DNA from: Syntrophobacterales bacterium
Lineage (GTDB): Bacteria; Desulfobacterota; Desulfobaccia; Desulfobaccales; 0-14-0-80-60-11
DNA length: 64,000 nt
Assembly (NCBI GenBank): GCA_023512475.1
Contig: JAILZL010000004.1
Coordinates: 12,528-76,527 of the forward strand
Direction of reading: 5' to 3'
Part shown: positions 26,567-35,878 of the stretch, piece by piece
How the letters are laid out: each line of letters opens with the position of its first letter
Numbering within the stretch: the stretch's first letter is position 1
The notes under the pieces: model-generated
What the model was told of the DNA's origin: nothing
Seen by the model: the letters and a program-made list of their open reading frames with translations, nothing else
Databases searched by the model: none
Position numbers and translations under genes: made by a program

Positions 26567-28125
26567 TCAATTATTTTTAATTTTTCTGACCAAAATCAAG
26601 GATTCGGAAAGATTTTCGTATGTATAGTCCGGTTGGCAGCGGATGCGATGATCAAACCAGGTGTAATTTTCATCACAGACATATAAAAACAGCTCGTTTT
26701 CCGTCAGAAAATCAGCATATGGCAGGACCCGGAACCGGGGGAAATGGCGTTTCAGGGCTGCCATGGCATGGTAATCATCCACCGCCGCCCGGTTGTTCCG
26801 GGGGTGCAGGGCCGCCTCCCAGTCCAGGAGAAAGTGACAGCGCTCCGGATGGGGGGAGTGGAAGGTGCACTCCAGGAATGCCACGGCTCCCGGGATCACC
26901 AGAGGCAAGGGGGGAAGGGGACGGTCCTCCTGGGCCAGGAGCGGGGGCTCAAAGGGGCGAAAGACCGCATAGCCCAGGGGCGCCGCCAGGAAGGCCGCCA
27001 GCATCAGGGAGAAGCCGCGCCGGGAGAGGGAGCTCCAATAGAAGCGGCGCCAGCCGGTGGGAGATGCTTCCGGCGCCGGTTCCGGAAAGAGAGCCTGGGC
27101 CAAGGCGCTGAGGATCACCGCCCACCCCAGGGTCCCGGGGAGGAAATACCGCTCCCAGAACACCGAGACCCAGACCCGGGACACCACCCAGGCAAGCACC
27201 GGGGGGAGACAGATGAGCAAGAAGGCCAGAATCGCCAGATCCGTGCGGGTTCCGGGGGCCGCCTCCCGGAATTCGGCCGGGTTCCCTTCTCCCTCTAACC
27301 GGGGTCGCCACCACCAGACCGCCAGCCAGAAAAGCAGGAGAAGGGTCACCGGCAGGGCATGCTCAAAGGAGAAGAGGAGATCCCGATAGCCGGGGACCGG
27401 AATCCAGGAGTGGGGGATGCCGCTCTGCCGGTGGCGGGCCAGGGGTCCCAGCCAGGGGAGGAAGGCCAGCCACCCCAGAAGAAGGGAGGTCACCACCCGG
27501 ACGGGAAAGACCCGCCGGCGGCCGTGGGCCACGAGGGTAGCCCCGAGGAAGATGCCGCTATAGAGAAAGCCGAAGTAGTGGGTGAGGACCAGGCCGGCAT
27601 GGACCAAGGTGTTCCCCATAAGGAGCCGGAAGGGCGCTTTCGGCCCTTGGGCCAAAAGACGTTCATAGCACCACAGGGCCAGGGCTGCCAGGGCCAAATA
27701 CAGCCCATAGGCCCGGGCTTCGGAGAGCTGCTGCAGGACCACCCAGGAAAGGCAGAAGGCCGCCAGCGTCCCCAGGGAGGCGGTGAAAAGGGAAAGGCCC
27801 GGCGCAGCACCCGCCAGGTGAGGAGCAGGGCTGCAATGATGCCCAGGCAGGAGATCAGCCGCAGAGAAAGGACCGACATGCCCAGAAGCCGGGTCCAGGC
27901 CCAGGCCAGGAGGTAATACAGGGGCGGGGAGTTGTCCACCTGGTCCGCCAGGGCCGCCAGCATCCTCCCGGGGGTGGGCAGGCTCATCAGCAGCCAGGTG
28001 AGGATCTCATCGCCCCAGAAGGGACTCCGGCAGGAGGAGATGAGGAAGGAAACAAGCAATGAGGCGGCAGCCGCGGCCGGTACCGCCCACTCAGGATTCT
28101 TCCGCCATAAGGAGAGCCGGATCAT
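26567..28125 (-). pseudogene. ArnT/PMT-like GT-C glycosyltransferase, reading frame broken once (about 27,780-27,805)
   Basis: The N-terminal part (ATG 28125: MIRLSLWRKNPEW...FWGDEILTWLL...DNSPPLYYLLAWAW...VLRRAF) is in one frame. The rest (...LFTASLGTLAAFCLSWVVLQQLSEARAYGLYL... to the stop at 26567) is in the -1 frame. The total span is 1559 nt (3n+2). The switch lies in the tract GGGCCTTTCCCTTTTCACC (minus strand). Confidence 0.55.
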
Positions 28126-29087
28126 GTCTGTCTGTGCCCCCTCATCCCCAGGATGGGCGAGGCCAGCAGGCGGAGGCGATACTTCCACCCCTGCAGGCGG
28201 CCGAGGAAGTCGTAGGCGCCGGTGAGCTTGCGCCGGAAGTCGGCCAGGCTGTCCTGCTGCACCACCAGGAGGCGGGGGATGAGAAAAGGTGACCCTGGCA
28301 GGCGGGGGCGGCCATAAATGGTGGTGAAGAGATAGCGGATCCCCCTTTCCCGGAGAGAGGGCAAGGCGGCCCGGGGCACCGAGGCGTAGCCGCCATACGG
28401 CAGGGCCACACACTCGGGCCGGACGCCGATTCCCGTGGCCAGGAGCCGGATCCCCGTCTCCACCTCGGCCAGCGCCGCGGCGGCCGGCAACCGCCCCAGA
28501 TCGGCGTGGGTGTGCCCGTGCAGGCCGAGGCCCACCCCGGCGGCGTGCAGCTCCCGCACCTCCCCCCAGGTGAGGGGCCGCCAGAGCTCCGGAAAGCGCC
28601 GGGCATGGGCCTGCCACGGCGCCGGGATCTCCCCCCCCGCCTCCTCCGGCAGGCCGAACCGGTAGCCGTGCCGGGCCATGAAGAGCATCTCCGGGCGCCC
28701 CACAAAGCCGGTGGTGAGGAAGAGGGTGAGCGTCATGCCGTATTTCCGGGCCAGGGGCCAGGCCACCTGATAAAAATCGGCATAGCCGTCATCGAAGGTG
28801 AGGAGCACCGCGCGAGGCGGCAGCGGCCCCAGGCCCCGGGCGGCGGCGATAAACTCCGGGAGGCTCAGGCTCCGGAAGCCCTCCCGGGCCAAAAGGGCCA
28901 TCTGGGCCTCAAACTGCTCCGGCAGGAGGGTGTACAGGGGCTCCTCGGGATCCTCCACCAACCCGGACAGGACCCGGTGATAACAGAGCACCGGGACAAA
29001 TCCCGCCTCCTGGCCCCGCCGCCGGCGGATGCCCCCCCAGAGCCGGGCCCCCAGACCGGCCAGCCTAAGAGCGAGCCGCCGGGTCAT
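28122..29087 (-). CDS. Polysaccharide deacetylase (NodB homology domain)
   Basis: LTFDDGYADFY (TFDD motif) and LHGHTHADL (HxxxH-type motif). Its stop overlaps the downstream ATG (ATGA at 28122-28125). The start at 29087 was chosen over 29228 to limit overlap with the upstream GT2. Confidence 0.8.
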   Translation of the reverse strand: MTRRLALRLAGLGARLWGGIRRRRGQEAGFVPVLCYHRVLSGLVEDPEEPLYTLLPEQFEAQMALLAREGFRSLSLPEFIAAARGLGPLPPRAVLLTFDDGYADFYQVAWPLARKYGMTLTLFLTTGFVGRPEMLFMARHGYRFGLPEEAGGEIPAPWQAHARRFPELWRPLTWGEVRELHAAGVGLGLHGHTHADLGRLPAAAALAEVETGIRLLATGIGVRPECVALPYGGYASVPRAALPSLRERGIRYLFTTIYGRPRLPGSPFLIPRLLVVQQDSLADFRRKLTGAYDFLGRLQGWKYRLRLLASPILGMRGHRQT

Positions 29088-29940
29088 GCCGTGCCGGAAG
29101 GAGGTCCCACAGCCGTCTGAGATGCCAGCGCCGCTGGAAGTCCCGGAACTCCGGGGCGTCATACTGCGGCTCCCCTGCCCGCCAGGCCTGGAGATAGCCC
29201 AGCCAGATCTCCACCCCGGCCTGGACATAGGGCCGGCTGGCCAGATGATACAGGCCGCTGGCCAGCACCCAGAGGGGGGAGGCCCCGGCGAAGTGCAGGG
29301 CCCGCCCGTGACGCCGCCAGCCGTGGGCCCGGGGCTTGAGATGCAGGGCCCGCAACTCCGGATCGGGGAAGGTCACCGCCTCCCAGCCCCGGCGCAGGGC
29401 CTGGAGGGAGTCGATGCCCTCCCAGCCCTCCCCCGGCGCCAGCCCCCCCAGTTCTTCAAAGCACTGCCGCCGCCAGCCCTTGAGGGCGCCGATCATGCCG
29501 AACTGCTGGCCCCGGATAGGGAAAAGCCGGCTCTCCTTAAAATCCCAGACCGTGCCGGTGGCCACCCCCAGCCGGGGCATCCGGGCGAATTTGGCCAGAA
29601 TGGCCTCATAGTAGTGGGGCCCCAAAAGAATATCCGCATCCAGGATGAAGAGAAAATCATAATCCGCCAGCCGGAGCCGGGAAAGGCCGAAGGTCAGGGC
29701 GGCCACCACGCCGGCGCCGGTGTCCCGCCCGCCTGAGGCCGGCCGCCGGAGAGGCCGGATCCAGGGATAACGCGTCGCCGCGGCCCGGGTCAGAAGCCAG
29801 GTGTCGTCGTCAGAGCCGTCATCCACGATGACCCACAGGGTGGGCCTAAGGGTCTGGCGGGCCACGGAGAGCAGGGTGTAGCCCAGATAAGCGGCTTCAT
29901 TGCGGGCCGCGGTGAGGACGGCGAACCGGGGCTCAGCCAT
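29065..29940 (-). CDS. Family-2 glycosyltransferase
   Basis: AVLTAARNEAAYLGYTLLSVARQT, VIVDDGSDDDT, and ILDADI (DxD). 291 aa. Confidence 0.8.
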   Translation of the reverse strand: MAEPRFAVLTAARNEAAYLGYTLLSVARQTLRPTLWVIVDDGSDDDTWLLTRAAATRYPWIRPLRRPASGGRDTGAGVVAALTFGLSRLRLADYDFLFILDADILLGPHYYEAILAKFARMPRLGVATGTVWDFKESRLFPIRGQQFGMIGALKGWRRQCFEELGGLAPGEGWEGIDSLQALRRGWEAVTFPDPELRALHLKPRAHGWRRHGRALHFAGASPLWVLASGLYHLASRPYVQAGVEIWLGYLQAWRAGEPQYDAPEFRDFQRRWHLRRLWDLLPARHDPAARS

Positions 29941-30970
29941 GGGGGGAGATCCCCAGAAACTTTCCCCGCAGACTCAGATGATCCTCACCCGGCTGGGGGA
30001 AGAAGATCCCCGCCTCCCGGATGAACCGGGTTTGGGGGAAGAGCCGGGGCAGGGCCCAGAAGAGGGCCCCCCGCCCCAGGCCCTGGGCGTACCACAGCCC
30101 CAGGCGACTCTCCAGTCCCAGGGTCCGGTCCCCGGCGAGCCAGGAGAAAAGCAGGCCGGGCAGATCCCGGAAGAGCACCACGGCCAGGCGCCGGGCCAGA
30201 GCCAGAAGCAGGCGGGGCCCGCCGCCAAACTTCAGAAGGAAGCCGGCATCCGCCACCCCCTGCATGAGATTGATGCGCCGCAGGGCGGCCTCCTGCCATC
30301 TGTGCGGGGGGAGCACATGACAGGTCAGGGCGTGAGGGGCATAGGCCAGAGACAGGCCCGCCCGCCTCACCCGCCAGAAGAAATCCGTGTCCTGATCCCG
30401 CCGCAGGAAGGCCGCAAAGCCCCCCAGCCGCCGGAGAAGGTCCCGGTGCAGCAAGACGTTGCCGCCGGTGAGCTCATCCGGGGAGGGGGAGGAAGAGACC
30501 CGGGGCGGGGTCTCCCCCAAAACCCGCCGGGCCCGGGGGCCTAGTCCCGCCTCCATCTCCGGGGGCAGGGCCACCACCACCCGGCCCCCCACCACCAAGG
30601 CCCCGGTCTCACGGGCGGTGCGCCACAGTTCGTGCAGCCATCCGGGAGCTGCCCGCTCATCGTCATCGAACAGGGCCACCCACTCCCCTTCGGCCAGCCT
30701 GATCCCTTGGTTGCGGGCGGCACTCATGCCCCGGTTTTCCTGGCGCACAGAGCGCACCGGCACCCCCCCCGCCTGGGCCTGGATGTCCGCCACCACCCGG
30801 GGAGTGTGATCGGTGGAGCCGTCATCGATGACCAGGATTTCATAGCGAAACTCCCCCCGGGTCTCCTGTTGGAGGAGGCTGGCCAGGGCCTGCCGGAGCA
30901 TCCCGGCCCGGTTGTAGGTCACCACCAGCACCGTCACGTCGGGCTCCGGAAGCGGGGAGGTCTTCGGCAT
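29933..30970 (-). CDS. Family-2 glycosyltransferase
   Basis: ATG at 30970 (MPKTSPLPEPDVTVLVVTYNRAGML...). Motifs VIDDGSTDHT and FDDDE. 345 aa. The ORF-track start at 31822 lies inside the flippase gene. Confidence 0.8.
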   Translation of the reverse strand: MPKTSPLPEPDVTVLVVTYNRAGMLRQALASLLQQETRGEFRYEILVIDDGSTDHTPRVVADIQAQAGGVPVRSVRQENRGMSAARNQGIRLAEGEWVALFDDDERAAPGWLHELWRTARETGALVVGGRVVVALPPEMEAGLGPRARRVLGETPPRVSSSPSPDELTGGNVLLHRDLLRRLGGFAAFLRRDQDTDFFWRVRRAGLSLAYAPHALTCHVLPPHRWQEAALRRINLMQGVADAGFLLKFGGGPRLLLALARRLAVVLFRDLPGLLFSWLAGDRTLGLESRLGLWYAQGLGRGALFWALPRLFPQTRFIREAGIFFPQPGEDHLSLRGKFLGISPHG

Positions 30971-30984
30971 GGGAGGATTCTCCC

Positions 30985-32316
30985 TCACAGGCGGACGGCA
31001 GTCAGCCGGGTATAACACCAGGTCTGGAGAATCAGAACCAACATACTGTTCACCAGCAGCCCCAGCGCCACCCCCAGCAATCCCAGGGAGTACACCAGCA
31101 GGAGGCCCAGGCTCAGGGTGGCCAGCAACCGGAGGAGATAGATGCGGCAGTTGAGATCCGACCGGCCCAGGGCCCAGATGCCGCAATCCACCGCCAGAGG
31201 CAGGGCCCCTATGAGGGCCTGGGCGCTCAGCAGGGCGACCAGCAGACCCTGTCCCGTATAGCGGGGACCGTAGAGGAGCTCCAGGAGGCGGCCGCCAAAG
31301 ATCATGAGCAGCAGACACAGGCTCCCCACCACCCCGCCCACAAAGGCGGTATTGGTCAGGACAAAGCGGCGCCGCTCCCGGGCCGAGCCGGTGGCAAAGA
31401 CCTGGGCCGCGGCCGGGGTGAGGAAGTTGCGGCTCCCCACTACCAGGGGATTGACCAGGGCCACGGTGCTCTGGCAGGCGGCCAGGAGACCCACCGCAGC
31501 AAGATCCCCCCAGAGGGCGAGAAACCAGGGGAAGGCGTAATTGCTGAGATTGAGGGACAGATTGCCTCCCAGAATCCACCGGCCGAAGGACCAGTGGCGT
31601 CCCAGGGCCTCCCGGACGGCCGCGGGGGAGAAGGCCAGGGAGCGCCGCACCCCCCAGAGCCAGCAGGCGCCTGCTGCCGCCCCGGCCCCGGCCAGAACCC
31701 AGAGGGCCCGGCGGGCGGACAGGACCCCCAGCCAGGCCAGCAGGGACAACCCCCCCAGTCTGACGAAGGCGGCCAGGAGATCCAGCCCCAGGGCCTTGCC
31801 CATCTGAAGAGCGGCAAAGCACATCCGGCGGCTGAATTCCTGGAGATAGATGAAGGTCCCGGCCACCAGCAGGGTGCCCAGAAAGGCCTCCAGACCCGGG
31901 GGCCCGCCCCGCCGGGTAAGGACCTGGACCGCCAGCCCCAAGGGCGGCAGGGCCAGGAGGGAGAGGCCCAGCTGCTGCACCAGGGCGCTGCCGGTATAGG
32001 CCGGGAGCTCTGGCGCCTCCGTCCGGGGGCGGAAATAGGTGTACGGGGACCAGATGAGCACCTCCTGGAACTCCATCACCAGCCCCGTGACCGTGAGCCC
32101 CAAAAGATAGAGGCCGAGCTCCTCCCGGCCGCAGATCCGGCCGAGGAGCAGGGCGGTGGCGAAGGAGGTGGCGGCCACCACGCCCTGGTCCAGGAGGGTG
32201 AGAACGCGGCCGGGCTCCCGGAAGGCCTCGGCGAGGGCGCGGACCCCGGCCCGGGCGGCGCTTTGCCCTGCGGGTGCATGTTCCGGATCCGCCCCCGGCA
32301 CCGTCCCCCTCCCCAT
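30985..32316 (-). CDS. Polysaccharide/oligosaccharide flippase (Wzx/MOP-family-like)
   Basis: 443 aa and almost entirely hydrophobic, with about 12 predicted TM segments. First gene of a glycosyltransferase operon. The call rests on composition and context only. Confidence 0.55.
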   Translation of the reverse strand: MGRGTVPGADPEHAPAGQSAARAGVRALAEAFREPGRVLTLLDQGVVAATSFATALLLGRICGREELGLYLLGLTVTGLVMEFQEVLIWSPYTYFRPRTEAPELPAYTGSALVQQLGLSLLALPPLGLAVQVLTRRGGPPGLEAFLGTLLVAGTFIYLQEFSRRMCFAALQMGKALGLDLLAAFVRLGGLSLLAWLGVLSARRALWVLAGAGAAAGACWLWGVRRSLAFSPAAVREALGRHWSFGRWILGGNLSLNLSNYAFPWFLALWGDLAAVGLLAACQSTVALVNPLVVGSRNFLTPAAAQVFATGSARERRRFVLTNTAFVGGVVGSLCLLLMIFGGRLLELLYGPRYTGQGLLVALLSAQALIGALPLAVDCGIWALGRSDLNCRIYLLRLLATLSLGLLLVYSLGLLGVALGLLVNSMLVLILQTWCYTRLTAVRL

Positions 32317-32392
32317 GAAACCGATGCTAAAGAATTACCGGATTCTCTTACCACAGATGAGGCCTCCGGGGCAATCACCCCCGGGAAAGGCC

Positions 32393-33127
32393 TCAGGCGG
32401 GCACGGTATGGAAGAACTCCGCCAGCTCCGGGTCGGCCAGGAGCTCGGGGCCGGAGCCGGCCTTCCGGAGGCGGCCCTGTTCCAGAAAACCGGCGGCCGC
32501 GGCCTCAGGAAGGAGCAGATGCGTCTCCAGCTGGCTGGCCACCACCAGGGTGAAGCCCCGGCTGCACAGGGTGAGGAAGACCTGCCGGAACCATTTCACG
32601 AACCGGGGGCTGAGCCCCAAAAAGGGCTCATCGAACAGGAGCACTTCGGCGCCACTCATCAGGCCCCGGCCCAGGGTGACCATGCGCTGCTGGCCGCCGC
32701 TCAGCACCCCGGCGGGGAGCTCCCGCCGCTCCGCCAGATCGGGGAAGAGGCGGTAGACCTCCTCCAGGCGCCGGGCCAGATCCTGCCGGCGCACATAGGC
32801 CCCGATCTCCAGGTTCTCCTGCACGCTCATCTCCGGGAAGACCTCCATGCCCTCGGGCACCAGGACCAGCCCCCGGGCCACCCGCTCCCACACGGGCAGA
32901 TGCTCGATGGGCTCGCCGTCCAGGAGGATGCGGCCCGCCGCCGGGGTCATTAGTCCGGCCACAGTGCGGAGCACCGTGCTTTTGCCGGCGCCGTTGGGGC
33001 CGGTGAGGAGGGTCAGGGCTGCCGGCGGCACCGAAAGGGACAGACCCTGCACGACCGGCCGCCCCCGCAAGGTGACGGTCAGGTCCTGAATCTCAAGCCG
33101 GGGGGCCTCAGGGGGCGGCGGACACAT
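32393..33127 (-). CDS. livF: Branched-chain amino-acid ABC transporter ATP-binding protein (LivF-like)
   Basis: Walker A GPNGAGKST, signature LSGGQQRM, Walker B LLFDEPFLGL. Confidence 0.85.
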   Translation of the reverse strand: MCPPPPEAPRLEIQDLTVTLRGRPVVQGLSLSVPPAALTLLTGPNGAGKSTVLRTVAGLMTPAAGRILLDGEPIEHLPVWERVARGLVLVPEGMEVFPEMSVQENLEIGAYVRRQDLARRLEEVYRLFPDLAERRELPAGVLSGGQQRMVTLGRGLMSGAEVLLFDEPFLGLSPRFVKWFRQVFLTLCSRGFTLVVASQLETHLLLPEAAAAGFLEQGRLRKAGSGPELLADPELAEFFHTVPA

Positions 33128-34904
33128 CCGAGTTCTCCTCCCGCTCCCCCAGGTAGGCGGCCCTAACCGCCGGGTGGCCCAGAACCTCCTCCGGCCGCCC
33201 CACCGCCAGCAACTCCCCCTGATCCAGGGCCGCCAACCGGTCCGAGACCCGGGCCGTCAGGGTGAGGAGGTGGTCGTTGAGCATGAGCGTCAGGCCCTGC
33301 CGCTTCAGGAGGCGGATGAGCCGGGCCGCCTGGATCACCTCCTGGGGCCCCAGCCCCGCGGCCATCTCATCCAGAAGAAGCACCCGGGGGCCGGTGGCCA
33401 GGGCCCGGGCCACCTCCAGGCGCTGCAGGTCGGCAAAGGGGAGCTCCCCCGCCGGCAGATGCGCCTGGGGGGTAAGGCCCACCAGTTCCAGCAGCTCCCG
33501 GGCCCGGGGCAGGGCCGCCTCCAGCCGGGGCACCCCGGGGCTCCCGAACATCAGCCCCATGGCCACATTCTCCAGCACCGTCATTTCCGGAAAGGGCTGG
33601 GGGATTTGCGAGGTGCGGGCCAGGCCCCGGTGCACGATGCGGTGCGCCGGCCAGCCGGTGATGTCGGTGCCGAAAAGGAGGATGCGGCCGGCGGTGGGCT
33701 TGAGCACCCCACTGATGAGATTGAACAGGGTGGTCTTGCCGGAGCCGTTGGGCCCCAGGACGGCCAGCACCTCCCCGGTCTGGACCGTCAGCTGGATCTC
33801 CTTCAGCACCAGGCGGCGGCCGAAGCGCTTGCTCACCCCCCGGATCTCCAGGCAGGGCGGGCCCCCGGGGGCCCCAGGGGGATCGGGGTCGGCAGGGGCT
33901 CCGGCCTCCCGTCCGCCCCCGGTGGAGGCGGTCTTTGGGCCCGGCTCCCCGCCCCCGGCCCCCCGGCGCTCCAGCCAGGCGGCCACCCCCCGGGGGAAAA
34001 AGAGGATGGCCAGAATCACCATCACGCCATAGACCGCCGCGTGCCCGGTGGGGAGCCAGGGGCGCAACAGCAGCTGGTCCACCGGATACAAAAGCAGGGC
34101 CCCCAGGGCCGGGCCCAGGAGGTGATAGCGTCCGCCGAAGATGCTGAACACCAACGGCAGGGCGGAGAGGTGCAGGGTGAAGACCAACGGCGGCTCCAGG
34201 ATGCCCAGGATATGGGCGTAGATGGCCCCCAACACCCCGGTGAGGGCGGCGCTCAGGAGCAACGCCAGGGAGCGGTGCCGCCACCCCGGCACCCCCACCA
34301 GGCCGGCGGCGGTCTCGTTTTCCCGGAGGGCCCGCCAGGCCCAGCCGAACCGGGAGGTCAAAGCCGCGTGGTGCACCAAGAGGCTCACGGCCAACAGCGC
34401 CAGGAGGAGGAAGTATTGCGCCCGGGTGTCGGTCCCCAGGGCCAGGGTCAGAGGTCCCAAGGGCACGCGGGGCAGAGGCGGAAGCCCCACCAGTCCCTGG
34501 GACCCCAGAGTGAGGGAGTTCCAGTTGTCGATGATGACCCGGGGGATCTCCACCGCCGCCAGGGTGGCCAGACCCAGATACACCCCCCGCAGACGGGCAA
34601 ACCCCAGGCACCACAGCCCGGCGTAGCACACCGCCACCCCCGCCCCCACCGGCACCGTCAGCGCCGGGGACCACCCCAGATGGTAACCCAGGAGGGCGGA
34701 ACCGTAGGCCCCCAGGCCGAAGAAGGCGCTGTGTCCCAGGGAGATGGCGCCGGTGAGGGCATAGAGATTCCAGGCCACCGCCAGGGCGCCGTAGAAGCAG
34801 GCCAGGCCCAGGACGGTCTCCCCCACCGGCCAGCGGCCCAAAAGGGGCCACCCGGCCAGCCCGGCCAGGAGAAAGACGGCGGCGGCCCGGGGCGAAAGGC
34901 GCAT
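33108..34904 (-). CDS. Fused LivM-type permease / LivG-type ATPase
   Basis: ATG at 34904, 2 nt after the livH stop. The N-terminal ~330 aa are polytopic (LGHSAFFGLGAYGSALL). A Gly/Pro-rich linker follows. The C-terminal part is an ABC ATPase (GPNGSGKTT, LPFADLQRLEVARAL, LLLDEMAAGL). Confidence 0.8.
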   Translation of the reverse strand: MRLSPRAAAVFLLAGLAGWPLLGRWPVGETVLGLACFYGALAVAWNLYALTGAISLGHSAFFGLGAYGSALLGYHLGWSPALTVPVGAGVAVCYAGLWCLGFARLRGVYLGLATLAAVEIPRVIIDNWNSLTLGSQGLVGLPPLPRVPLGPLTLALGTDTRAQYFLLLALLAVSLLVHHAALTSRFGWAWRALRENETAAGLVGVPGWRHRSLALLLSAALTGVLGAIYAHILGILEPPLVFTLHLSALPLVFSIFGGRYHLLGPALGALLLYPVDQLLLRPWLPTGHAAVYGVMVILAILFFPRGVAAWLERRGAGGGEPGPKTASTGGGREAGAPADPDPPGAPGGPPCLEIRGVSKRFGRRLVLKEIQLTVQTGEVLAVLGPNGSGKTTLFNLISGVLKPTAGRILLFGTDITGWPAHRIVHRGLARTSQIPQPFPEMTVLENVAMGLMFGSPGVPRLEAALPRARELLELVGLTPQAHLPAGELPFADLQRLEVARALATGPRVLLLDEMAAGLGPQEVIQAARLIRLLKRQGLTLMLNDHLLTLTARVSDRLAALDQGELLAVGRPEEVLGHPAVRAAYLGEREENSDVSAAP

Positions 34905-34906
34905 CC

Positions 34907-35773
34907 TCAGCCCTCCGTCCGGATCTTCAGCCCCTCCGGCCGGAGGATGAGGAGGAGCACCAGCAGCAGGGCGCTCACCAGCTCCCGCCAGTTGGCCCCC
35001 AGGGCCAGGGCCGCCCAGGATTCGGCCAGCCCCAGGAGCCAGCCCCCCAACAGCAGGGTGGGGATGCGGCCCACCCCGGCGAAAATGGTGAGGGTCACAG
35101 CGATAAGGGTGGCCTCCAGGCCGCCGGCGGGGTAGAGATACAAGGTCTGGCCATACAGGGGCCCGGCCAGGCCGATGAGCAGCCCCCCCACCGCAAAGGC
35201 CGAAGTCCGCATGCGCCCCAGATTGATGCCCACCAGCCGGGCGGCCTCCCGGTTCTGGATGGTGGCCCTCAGGGCCTTGCCGCTGAAGGTCCGGGTGAGC
35301 CACAGATGCACGATGCCGGTGGCCAGCAGGGAGAGCACCAGGAGGGTGACCTGGGTTTCGGTGAGGGCGAGCCCCAGGGCCGGAACCTGCATCAGGGCCG
35401 GGGCCGCCGGCTGGATGAGACGATAGTCCGCGGAAAAGGCGGAAAGCAGGGCCTGCTCCACCACCAGGGCCACCCCGAAGGTGACCACCAGGCTGTTCAT
35501 GGGGAAGGGTTCCCGCACCAGCTTCAGGAGCTGGGCCAGGGCCAGGGCAAAGACCGGCATCAGGGCCACCGTCAGGGGGAGGGTGGCCAGGGGGTGCACC
35601 TCGAGCCCCCGCCAGAGGAAATAGGCCAGATAACCGCTCAGGATGATGAGCTCCCCGTGGGCCAGATTGAAGGCGTGGGTGACCCCGAAGATCAGGGCGA
35701 AGCCCAGGGCCACCAGGGCGTAGAAGGAGCCCAGGGAGAAGCCACTCACCACCAGATGCATGCCCACCGACAT
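34907..35773 (-). CDS. livH: Branched-chain amino-acid ABC transporter permease (LivH-like)
   Basis: 288 aa, polytopic. N-terminus GFSLGSFYALVALGFALIFGV and motif FNLAHGE are typical of LivH. Confidence 0.85.
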   Translation of the reverse strand: MSVGMHLVVSGFSLGSFYALVALGFALIFGVTHAFNLAHGELIILSGYLAYFLWRGLEVHPLATLPLTVALMPVFALALAQLLKLVREPFPMNSLVVTFGVALVVEQALLSAFSADYRLIQPAAPALMQVPALGLALTETQVTLLVLSLLATGIVHLWLTRTFSGKALRATIQNREAARLVGINLGRMRTSAFAVGGLLIGLAGPLYGQTLYLYPAGGLEATLIAVTLTIFAGVGRIPTLLLGGWLLGLAESWAALALGANWRELVSALLLVLLLILRPEGLKIRTEG

Positions 35774-35878
35774 GGGGTCCTCAACACCTCGCAGGGGGAA
35801 GGTCAGGGCCCGCAGGGCCTCCCGGGTGCGGCCCGGTCCTCTTCCCGGGGCCGGGAGTGCCGCCCCAGGTGCGGGGGG

